DNA of 14,797 nt, taken from the NCBI GenBank assembly GCA_005222975.1, contig NJBI01000069.1, positions 1 to 14,797 of the forward strand, in the 5' to 3' direction. The stretch is from Promethearchaeota archaeon Loki_b31 (GTDB taxonomy: Archaea > Asgardarchaeota > Lokiarchaeia > Sigyniarchaeales > SOKP01). Positions 1 to 8,036 of the stretch are shown in pieces. The translations under genes and the position numbers were made by a program. The notes below the pieces were generated by a model that did not search any database, was not told where the DNA came from, and was given only the letters and a program-made list of their open reading frames with translations. How positions within the stretch are numbered: position 1 is the stretch's first letter; each line of letters opens with the position of its first letter.

Positions 1-2
1 TA

Positions 3-1364
3 CTTGGATATTCAATCAAAGAAATGTTGAATTGGGGTCAGGGAGAGTTTTTTAAAACGATTCATCCCGAGGATAAGAGAAAAGTTATTGAGTTCGCTAC
101 AAAAATTGAAAATCAGGATGATGCTAACGTTCAATATTATGAAGCTCGTGGAATTCATAGGGACGGGAGCACTATATGGTTAGAAATTTACAATAAACGT
201 ATAAAGTTCCAGTATAAACCTGCTTTCCTAGTTTCGTATATAGATATAACAGAAAAAAAGAAAGCTAAGGAGGAATTACGACAGTCAGAAGAGAAATATA
301 GATTTCTTTTTGAGAAATCAACAGTTTCGATCTTACTTATCAATACAAAAGGTATAATAGAAGATTGCAATCCTGCTTTAGAAAAATTAATCAAATACGA
401 GAGGAGTGAACTCATTGGTAAAAGATACGGCAGACTCCCTATTGTACTTCCTGATTATTTACCTATTCTTCTTGAGAGATTAAAAAAGATTTCTAATGGT
501 GAAATTATTCCCTCTATCGATATTCAATTAAGGAAAAAGGATGATAATCTCGTTTGGGTAAATATAGATTCATCTTTGGTGAAAATGGGCGATAGAACTT
601 ACATTATGGTAATGGGTCATGACATATCAGACACAAAAGAATTAGAGATAAAATTAAAGGAGTTAAATGAAATGAGAAAAGAATTTATAGATAGAGCCTC
701 TCACGAATTAAAAACACCAATCACTACGGTTTATGGCGCATACCAGCTATTAGATATTTTGTATAAGGATAAATTCGATCCGGAGCAATTGGAACTATTA
801 GAAATGGCATTTAGTGGAACACGGAGAATAAGAAAATTAGTTGATGATTTGCTTGATGTTTCAAAAATGGAGTCTAAAGTATTCAAATTAAATAAAACAA
901 AAACTAATCTTGGTGATTTAATCTCAAATTGCGTTAAAGAAATGAGATATTTTAGTAATAAACGCAATCATGAAATAATAATAGATCTCGAACCCGAACT
1001 TTACTTGAATATAGATGAGTCTCGAATTGAGCTTGTTTTAACGAATCTTATCTCAAATGCGATAAAATATACTCCTTCGAAAGGTAGAATTAATATTAAA
1101 ATAAAATCCGATGACAAATTTGCTCAAATAATAATAAAAGATACAGGTGTAGGTTTAACTAAAAAAGAAATAGAAGGTCTTTTTAAAAAGTTTAGCAGAA
1201 TATCATCTCCTTTAAAGAAAGATCTCGACATGGATTTAGGAAGTACAGGGTTAGGATTATTTATATCAAAAGAGATTATTAAACTTCATGAAGGAGAGAT
1301 CTGGGCGGAATCTGAAGGAAAAGGAAAAGGTTCCACTTTTACCGTCAAAATTCCTGTAAATTAA
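3..1364 (+). CDS. Multi-PAS sensor histidine kinase, 5'-partial
   Basis: Two PAS/PAC repeats ending in DITE and DISD, H-box ASHELKTP, N-box NLISNAIKY, G1 DTGVG, G2 GSTGLGL. The frame is open to the window edge (LGYSIKEM...), so the real start lies upstream. Confidence 0.95.
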   Translation, partial: LGYSIKEMLNWGQGEFFKTIHPEDKRKVIEFATKIENQDDANVQYYEARGIHRDGSTIWLEIYNKRIKFQYKPAFLVSYIDITEKKKAKEELRQSEEKYRFLFEKSTVSILLINTKGIIEDCNPALEKLIKYERSELIGKRYGRLPIVLPDYLPILLERLKKISNGEIIPSIDIQLRKKDDNLVWVNIDSSLVKMGDRTYIMVMGHDISDTKELEIKLKELNEMRKEFIDRASHELKTPITTVYGAYQLLDILYKDKFDPEQLELLEMAFSGTRRIRKLVDDLLDVSKMESKVFKLNKTKTNLGDLISNCVKEMRYFSNKRNHEIIIDLEPELYLNIDESRIELVLTNLISNAIKYTPSKGRINIKIKSDDKFAQIIIKDTGVGLTKKEIEGLFKKFSRISSPLKKDLDMDLGSTGLGLFISKEIIKLHEGEIWAESEGKGKGSTFTVKIPVN

Positions 1365-1527
1365 TTACCCTATTTGTAATTTATCGTCCTTGTATCAATA
1401 AAAACTTGTTCTTTTCAATTTTTCCACTAATTTTTTAAATAAATTCTGACCTATTATATTTAGAATCTTTAAAAAAACCATATTTAATAATATTACCTCT
1501 ATTATATTTTAAAGCATAAAGCAAAAA

Positions 1528-2544
1528 GTGGTTATTCGTTTGTCTCTCGATTTTTATAATCCGCCCTTGAAAATATTTAGCTCTTCAAGTACAAAAAAAG
1601 GTATAGAAATTGGAGGAGCTAAATCAATAATTAGCATAGATAGTTCCCATAATTTCTACAATGAGGGCAATATTTATACTGAAATGTCGTGGGCTGCGTT
1701 TTATGAAGAGGAGGGGTTAGAAGATCAGATCGATACTTTTACTACGACTGAATATGATTCTATTCGAGAAGATCCCGAGGCTTTAGTTGATACAATTGTA
1801 AAAATTATTTATCAAATTATCAACAATCGGAAAATTTTCTATGGAATTGCGGACTTTGAAGTTGACGCTTTCTTAGATGCAAATACGACTGTAATTCCAG
1901 GTCTTAAATTGGATTACGAAATTATTAATAAATTGTTAGAAGCTCATAAAAGAACGCGCGAAAAAGGATTATTTCCCAAGATTATAATCGACGATAAAGG
2001 TATCAACAAAATTAAAATCGAATTTCAAGGAAATCAAAAAAAACACGTTCACATAAAAGGATCAAAATTAGAGGATTTGATAAATCAATTACGATTAGCA
2101 AAAGGATTTGCTGTAGGAATAGTTTGCACTTCAAGAAATGCTGCTAACTTATATATCATGAGTGATAACATCGTTTTTAGTAAAGATGAGATACCTGAAT
2201 TGTATATCGATGATGATAACTTAAAAGTAATAGAATATGGAATTAAAAAGAAATTACTATTTCCAATAAGCTGGTTTAGAATAGATATTGGTATTCGTAG
2301 TTTAGAAACCTTAGAACTGTGGGAACAAATTAAAGACAACCCAGAACTTAATAAAGCGTTTAACCATTATGAACGCTACATAAATGCTTTAGTATTTAAG
2401 AAATTCAAACCCGTAGCGGAATCTCAAAAAATTGGTAGGAATTCGGAGGATGATTTTTACAATATGACGCCTAAGGAGAGAAAGAAAGCCTTAAAAGATA
2501 TGGAAAAGGCAATTGAGATTCTCACAAGAGAATATAAGGAATAA
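1528..2544 (+). CDS. Hypothetical protein, 338 aa, GTG start
   Basis: Long ORF in very AT-rich DNA with protein-like composition. No motif recognised. Confidence 0.8.
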   Translation: MVIRLSLDFYNPPLKIFSSSSTKKGIEIGGAKSIISIDSSHNFYNEGNIYTEMSWAAFYEEEGLEDQIDTFTTTEYDSIREDPEALVDTIVKIIYQIINNRKIFYGIADFEVDAFLDANTTVIPGLKLDYEIINKLLEAHKRTREKGLFPKIIIDDKGINKIKIEFQGNQKKHVHIKGSKLEDLINQLRLAKGFAVGIVCTSRNAANLYIMSDNIVFSKDEIPELYIDDDNLKVIEYGIKKKLLFPISWFRIDIGIRSLETLELWEQIKDNPELNKAFNHYERYINALVFKKFKPVAESQKIGRNSEDDFYNMTPKERKKALKDMEKAIEILTREYKE

Positions 2545-2548
2545 AATA

Positions 2549-2854
2549 CTACCCTTTTAAAATTCTTGGCGCTTTAAAATGACCATCCTTAGTATGCTTA
2601 GCGTTTTTTAACGCTTCTTCGTTTGAAAGCGATTCCCACGGAACATCTTCTCTAAACACGTTTTTTAAACCCTCGATGGGGTGCGTCATAGGTTCAACAT
2701 TTGAAGTATCTAAATCGTTTAACTTTTTGAAATAGTTAAGTATATCTCCTAATTGTTTAGCTAATTTCTCTTTCTCTTCTTCACTTAAATCTAATAAAGC
2801 TAACTTAGATACATGTTCCAATGTCTCTTTTGAGAAATCTTCCTTTTTTGACAT
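2549..2854 (-). CDS. gatC: Asp-tRNA(Asn)/Glu-tRNA(Gln) amidotransferase subunit C
   Basis: Typical GatC pattern: HVSKLALLDL...ILNYFKKLNDLDTSNVEPMTHP...NVFRED...LKNA...GHFKAPRI. Confidence 0.95.
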   Translation of the reverse strand: MSKKEDFSKETLEHVSKLALLDLSEEEKEKLAKQLGDILNYFKKLNDLDTSNVEPMTHPIEGLKNVFREDVPWESLSNEEALKNAKHTKDGHFKAPRILKG

Positions 2855-3012
2855 ATTTAACTCAATAAGAAATTAAATTCTTCAGAAATTGTAATATTTG
2901 ATTGTAATTAATCTTAATCACCTTAAATAATTATTTTAAAGCTAATCGTTATAATCGAATTTCTATAAACGATAACAAAAAGAGTTAATTACTTTATAAT
3001 TTTTTATTAAGT

Positions 3013-3375
3013 ATGACCGATCAAGCCGATAAAGAAGACCTAAGATATGAAATTCCTACTCACGCTTTTATTGCCCTTGCTCGAAGGGGCATGGAAAAAA
3101 TCTCTCTAGATCAATGTTTTCTAAAAAATTGCGATAATAACAACCCTAAATTATTAGAACCATTTAAGAAAGAAGAATTTGAGGATGATCAAAAGCATGT
3201 TAAAAAAATCTATGTTAAGTGTAAGAAATGTAATGGGATCTATATTTTAAAATTGGAAACCATTAAACGCGTAGCTAAATCTACTAAAGGAGAAAACCAA
3301 GAACCTCTTTCTATGGGAATTGTATACGCGTTAGACGAAGATGGTAATAATTTAGGACATATAGGTTATTTTTAA
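3013..3375 (+). CDS. Hypothetical Zn-ribbon-like protein, 120 aa
   Basis: Two Cys pairs, CFLKNC and CKKC. Divergent from gatC and separated from the HAD gene by 1 nt. Confidence 0.75.
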   Translation: MTDQADKEDLRYEIPTHAFIALARRGMEKISLDQCFLKNCDNNNPKLLEPFKKEEFEDDQKHVKKIYVKCKKCNGIYILKLETIKRVAKSTKGENQEPLSMGIVYALDEDGNNLGHIGYF

Positions 3376-3376
3376 C

Positions 3377-4063
3377 ATGAAGTATAATTACTTTTTATTT
3401 GATTTAGACAATTGTCTTCTTTATATTCCTAATTCTAAGGATTATTTTGATAATATTTTATTAGAAACTCTTAAACAATGTTTAACTAAGCATGTTCCAG
3501 AGAGGAGCGAGAGAAATAAGTTCTGGTTTTCTGGTAATAGTTATATTGATTACTTAAAAAAGTGGGGGACAAATAATTTTCGCGATTTTTGGAAATGTTT
3601 TGATGAAATTGACTTTGAATATAGAAAAATTCTCGTTCAAAAAAATGAAATCTTACTTTTTAACGATGTTAAATGTGTTTTAGAAAAGATATATAATGAA
3701 AACAAAAAATTAGCAATAATATCAAACTCAGCAGATTACATTGTTGATTTCATAGTAAAAAAATTTAATATCACTAAATATTTCAATTATTTCTTTGGTT
3801 TGTCGTTTGACAAGGACCAATCGATTGCTAAACCATCACCTTTAGGTGTTTTGTCAGTTTTAGAGAAATTAAAATACGACCCAAAAATAGAAAAAGCAAT
3901 TATGATTGGTGATTCGATTGTAGATATTTATGCTGCAAAAAAAGCTAAAATCTCAGCATGTTTAATAAGAAGAGATAAAAATAAGTATCTCGATGGCTAT
4001 GGTGCTTGGGAATACAACCCTGATTTTGTTATTGAGCAATTAAAGGAAATATTCAACTTCTAA
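3377..4063 (+). CDS. HAD-superfamily hydrolase (phosphoglycolate-phosphatase-like)
   Basis: Motif I FDLDNCL, motif II ISN, motif III KPSP, motif IV IGDSIVD. Confidence 0.93.
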   Translation: MKYNYFLFDLDNCLLYIPNSKDYFDNILLETLKQCLTKHVPERSERNKFWFSGNSYIDYLKKWGTNNFRDFWKCFDEIDFEYRKILVQKNEILLFNDVKCVLEKIYNENKKLAIISNSADYIVDFIVKKFNITKYFNYFFGLSFDKDQSIAKPSPLGVLSVLEKLKYDPKIEKAIMIGDSIVDIYAAKKAKISACLIRRDKNKYLDGYGAWEYNPDFVIEQLKEIFNF

Positions 4064-4119
4064 TTACCTTAAAATTTTAGTAAATAGATTAAGTGCTCTT
4101 ATTTATAAAAAAATACTAA

Positions 4120-4127
4120 TTTATATA
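4120..4127 (+). promoter_or_regulatory. Putative TATA box of the toxin-antitoxin operon, inside a CTAAT-N6-ATTAG dyad (4116-4131)
   Basis: TTTATATA about 40 nt upstream of the ATG at 4166, flanked by a short inverted repeat that could be an autoregulatory operator. Confidence 0.35.
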
Positions 4128-4165
4128 TTAGCGAACTGATTTTTATTTAATTAAGGGAAAATATC

Positions 4166-4351
4166 ATGGCAACTCAAAAGGAAAATATCATACAAATGAT
4201 AAAAAATCTTCCTGATGACATAAGTTTGGAAGATATCATCGAGGCAATATATGTAAGACAAAAAATTGAGAAGGGATTAAAAGATTCGAAGGAAGGGAAT
4301 TTATATACACACGAAGAAGCTAAAGAACGCTTAGAAAAATGGTTAAAATAA
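4166..4351 (+). CDS. Putative antitoxin of the RelE/ParE toxin
   Basis: 61 aa with the LPDD...IEKGLKD...G...THEEAKERL..W pattern typical of small proteins upstream of ParE/RelE toxins. Overlaps the toxin ORF by 13 nt. Confidence 0.8.
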   Translation: MATQKENIIQMIKNLPDDISLEDIIEAIYVRQKIEKGLKDSKEGNLYTHEEAKERLEKWLK

Positions 4352-4623
4352 AATGGACTAATCATGCCCTTGAAGAATTGGATGATATTGCAAATTATAT
4401 CTCAATAGATTCGCCAAAATACGCTCAAATTTTAGTAAAACAAATTTATGAAATGGTGGGTCATCTAAAGCAATTTCCCAAACTTGGTAGGAAAGTTCCT
4501 GAATATGGAGATCCAGAATTAAGAGAGATTCTTTATAAAACCTATCGTATTATTTATTTAGTCAAGAAGGAACATCTTGAAATTATTTCTATTATACATG
4601 GAAGCCGAAAACTAAACCTTTAA
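4339..4623 (+). CDS. Type II toxin, RelE/ParE family
   Basis: IKWT..ALEELDDIANYI..DSP...L..FP.LGR.VPE.....RE.....YRIIY......I.I..IIHGSR. Confidence 0.93.
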   Translation: MVKIKWTNHALEELDDIANYISIDSPKYAQILVKQIYEMVGHLKQFPKLGRKVPEYGDPELREILYKTYRIIYLVKKEHLEIISIIHGSRKLNL

Positions 4624-4677
4624 ATTCTTTTAGTCTATTTTCTTTAAATTAATGGAATAATAGAATTTAATTTTTTA

Positions 4678-4685
4678 TTTATATA
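4678..4685 (+). promoter_or_regulatory. Putative archaeal TATA box, likely leaderless transcript for 4707
   Basis: TTTATATA at -29 to -22 relative to the ATG at 4707. Confidence 0.45.
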
Positions 4686-4706
4686 TATATAACAAAATTT
4701 AACTGC

Positions 4707-5366
4707 ATGAAGCAGGAAGATAGTATCTTTGATGACCATGAGGATTATATTACATTTTTTGAACAAAGCGATAATGATTATTTTTTTGAATGGTATTCAC
4801 TTGAAGGAAGTGAGAGCTTAATTGAGCTTTCGAGGCAGTTCCGAACATTTTTTAATTACAAATATTTAATAATTCGCAGTAAATTCTCAAGAATTAATAA
4901 ATCAACGAAAATAGCGAATGATGATAAGATAATTAGTTGCAAAAATAACATATTTAATTTATCCTCACAATTAATTAACCTATTAAACGAAATCGGAGTA
5001 GAAAACGGAAATATAATTGAAAAGATCCAAATTCTCGAGCAAAAAGTTGGAAGACTTCCCACTAAACCTAATACATTATTATTAAAAAAAATAAAAATTT
5101 TAGGGGAAGAAATTTGGAAGAATCTTCATATAATCTCGGAATTAGAACTTTATTACCACCCTAAATTATTGAAAATAGCAATATCAGTGGCAAATATTGT
5201 CAGTAGCGTTAAGGGTGCCTATAATCTAATACTTCTTGATTTCTTTATTGAGTTAAGACGAAATTATCTCCAATTAGAAAAAGAAATAGAAATTTCAAAC
5301 TCATATATTATCGATTCAGAAAAATATAACGAGAAAAGAGAAATGCGGAGTAAGGTGAGAATTTAA
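4707..5366 (+). CDS. Hypothetical protein, 219 aa, probably helical
   Basis: ORF abutting the 873-aa gene with a 1-nt gap. No motif recognised. Confidence 0.65.
   Translation: MKQEDSIFDDHEDYITFFEQSDNDYFFEWYSLEGSESLIELSRQFRTFFNYKYLIIRSKFSRINKSTKIANDDKIISCKNNIFNLSSQLINLLNEIGVENGNIIEKIQILEQKVGRLPTKPNTLLLKKIKILGEEIWKNLHIISELELYYHPKLLKIAISVANIVSSVKGAYNLILLDFFIELRRNYLQLEKEIEISNSYIIDSEKYNEKREMRSKVRI
5352..5358 (+). promoter_or_regulatory. Shine-Dalgarno-like AAGGTGA for the gene at 5368
   Basis: AAGGTGA 9 nt upstream of the ATG at 5368, matching the archaeal GGAGGTGA consensus core. Confidence 0.55.
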
Positions 5367-5367
5367 A

Positions 5368-7989
5368 ATGATAATAGAGAAGATACAAGTTAGTAGAAGG
5401 AATATAAAAAAAGACCGAATCGCTATTTGTCCATATTTTGGGTGTAAATATCTCGAAAAGGTAAAACCTATAAAGATGAGTTTTCTCAGTTTCAGAAAGT
5501 ATCCGAAATGTCCAAAACATAGGTTAGCCTTAGTTTCCGTTGATGAGTTTATTGGAAATTTCTTTGTTGCTGTAAAAGCATGTTTATTCGATGATTCAAG
5601 CCTTCCTCCAAATATTTTAATTTCTAAAATAAGATCGGATACACCAGATGATTTAAAATCCTTTATTAATCTGTGGATGTACAGCAATCCAATAGGTAGA
5701 GGAGGTCAGATTATTTCTCCTTATATTGATGGTTTATCAAAAGGATATATGAAATTAATGAGTCGTAAACAAAAAAAAGCAATTAGAGATGAGAAATATT
5801 ATAAAAAATATGAGATGTTACGTCTTGGCTTAAAGAAGATTACAGAGGAGTATACCAATTTTTTGCGAGATTTTTATGAAAAATCAAAAATGGTTTATGA
5901 ACAAAAAGATCTGCATCCACTCTCAAAAAAAACTCAATTAATTATAAAGGGATGGTTGAAAAATCACTTAGCAACTCTAAAGGAATTAAATAACTCTCTC
6001 TCGAAAGTCGGCTCTTTAGTTGCGTATAAACAATTATATGATAAGATACTCCATGCAGGAACTTGTTCTCTACTTGTTGGAAAAGCGCCATCAATAATTA
6101 TAAAAGGAGTCTCTGCTTTTGAGCTTTTTTCAACTTATCACGAATTTTTTAAAGCAGGATTGTGTAAGGAATTAAAAAAGGAAAATTTGAACCTATTTTC
6201 TGAAGAAACTCAAGAGTTTTTAAATTTTGATGGAAATAATAATATAGCACGAGAAAAAATAGAAAAAGACAGTATCTTGGAAAATAAAAAAGGAAAAATT
6301 GAAAAATCATTTCTAAACTATTCTCACAAGTTAAAAAAGATAAAAGACAAGATAGCGTTATATATCTTTGAATCTTCTAATTTTCCTCTTAATAAGTCAA
6401 ATGAAACTATTACATTTTTTAAAGAAAATGTCCTTAAAGGTGATAATAAGCATCATATTTTAACCAAAAATGAAAAAGATCTACTAGAGCAAATGATTAA
6501 TTTATTTCCAGATCAATTTGATAAATATTTTCTTGATTTAGTAAAAATTGTAGAGTTTTTAAAAAACCGAGCGAAGAATTTAAAAAAAATCAATGGTCAC
6601 CTTCTCATCAAACCTACATGTGAGTATTTAAATAATAAAGGAATAACCCTTTTTTATAAACCTTCTACTTTTGTAAGAGCAGTTACAGAAATTTTTGATT
6701 ATTTAAAAGAAAAACATCAAGAATTTTTTCCTAATCGAGTAAAGGTATCAAGTAATAATGATAAAAACCGCAACTCTGAAGAGTATAGACTAATACTAGG
6801 TTATAATTTAAAACTTTATATCATGAAAACAATATATAATGGTAGATATTTCAAAAACGGGGGACTATATTGCCCAGAATGTCTTAAGGAAGGATTTTTA
6901 TTAAATACCAACGAGATAAGATTAAAGTCATTGGAATTTCATCATTCAACGGAGGAAAAGGAGAATGAATATACAACGCATAAATTGAGTAGAATGTATC
7001 AAAATCAATCTTCTAACCAACAATTGTTAGAAGAATTAATAAAAAGAATGGAAAATGAGGGAGTTATCGTTTTATGCAGAAATCATCATCATATACTACA
7101 TAGTAAATATTTCTCTTATTTTAATAAGTTAATTAATTGGAAAAATATCCCTACTAAATTTCCGCAGCATATTTTTTCTCTTCCACCTGAATTGATACTA
7201 ATCCTAATTAAAATTTCGATTGAAAATTTTAGTAATACCAAAAACGAATCTTATCACACAAAAATTTACATCAGAAATACCATAGTAAGATACCTCAAAA
7301 AAAGATATTTAATAGAACAATATTATGGAAAGGTTTGCCATAGTTGTGGTGAATTTCCTCTTTCTGATTATTTACCTTCGTTTGATTTTCATCACTACAG
7401 TGGAAAAAAGTTTCAGAACAATCCATATCTTCATAGTAAGATCAAAAATGCTAGTCAATTGTTTATTCAATCTTATACATGTTCTGAAATTGCACAGATT
7501 TTAGAATATGAGAAAGGAGGTTTTATTTGTCGTAATTGTCATAATGTATTAGAATATAAACTTGGTTTTCTTGATTTGTTAGAGGAAATCTATCATAAAA
7601 AAAATATTATTCAAGTGATTAGAGACGATTATAATTCAACAAATCAGAAGTTTCAAATCTTTCATACACCGCCCTCTATTAAAAATCCTTTATCGATAAA
7701 TACACAGATTACTGAAACTTATGAAAAGTATTTAAATGCTATTTATGATCTAACACATCAAAATAGGATTATTACTATCGCGAATCTTGCACAAAATCTT
7801 GATTGTAATAGGTCAACAGTCCTAGGAATTTTAAAAGAGAAAGAAAATTTCTTTAACAATTTTTTAAATAAAGAGATCGGAAAGAATAGGCTTAAAATTT
7901 TTATTTTAACTGAGAAAGGGAACAATTATATTGAGTTAATTCATTATTTAAAAGAATATTATAGAAAAAAGTCATCAATAAAAATATAA
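5368..7989 (+). CDS. 873-aa multidomain protein: N-terminal Zn finger, two tandem Zn-binding HNH-like nuclease domains, C-terminal winged HTH
   Basis: CPYFGC..CPKH (5428-5520). CPEC..LEFHH..LCRNHH (6871-7089). CHSC..FDFHH..ICRNCH (7336-7542). ITIANLAQNLDCNRSTV...LTEKG near the C-terminus. Confidence 0.8.
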   Translation: MIIEKIQVSRRNIKKDRIAICPYFGCKYLEKVKPIKMSFLSFRKYPKCPKHRLALVSVDEFIGNFFVAVKACLFDDSSLPPNILISKIRSDTPDDLKSFINLWMYSNPIGRGGQIISPYIDGLSKGYMKLMSRKQKKAIRDEKYYKKYEMLRLGLKKITEEYTNFLRDFYEKSKMVYEQKDLHPLSKKTQLIIKGWLKNHLATLKELNNSLSKVGSLVAYKQLYDKILHAGTCSLLVGKAPSIIIKGVSAFELFSTYHEFFKAGLCKELKKENLNLFSEETQEFLNFDGNNNIAREKIEKDSILENKKGKIEKSFLNYSHKLKKIKDKIALYIFESSNFPLNKSNETITFFKENVLKGDNKHHILTKNEKDLLEQMINLFPDQFDKYFLDLVKIVEFLKNRAKNLKKINGHLLIKPTCEYLNNKGITLFYKPSTFVRAVTEIFDYLKEKHQEFFPNRVKVSSNNDKNRNSEEYRLILGYNLKLYIMKTIYNGRYFKNGGLYCPECLKEGFLLNTNEIRLKSLEFHHSTEEKENEYTTHKLSRMYQNQSSNQQLLEELIKRMENEGVIVLCRNHHHILHSKYFSYFNKLINWKNIPTKFPQHIFSLPPELILILIKISIENFSNTKNESYHTKIYIRNTIVRYLKKRYLIEQYYGKVCHSCGEFPLSDYLPSFDFHHYSGKKFQNNPYLHSKIKNASQLFIQSYTCSEIAQILEYEKGGFICRNCHNVLEYKLGFLDLLEEIYHKKNIIQVIRDDYNSTNQKFQIFHTPPSIKNPLSINTQITETYEKYLNAIYDLTHQNRIITIANLAQNLDCNRSTVLGILKEKENFFNNFLNKEIGKNRLKIFILTEKGNNYIELIHYLKEYYRKKSSIKI

Positions 7990-8007
7990 AGTGAAATTCG
8001 TTTCACT
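7990..8007 (+). other. Perfect 7-bp hairpin with a UUCG loop between the HNH gene and the AAA+ gene
   Basis: AGTGAAA-TTCG-TTTCACT, directly after the stop codon at 7989. Confidence 0.6.
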
Positions 8008-8036
8008 AAAATAAACATCATGAAAGGAACAATGGC

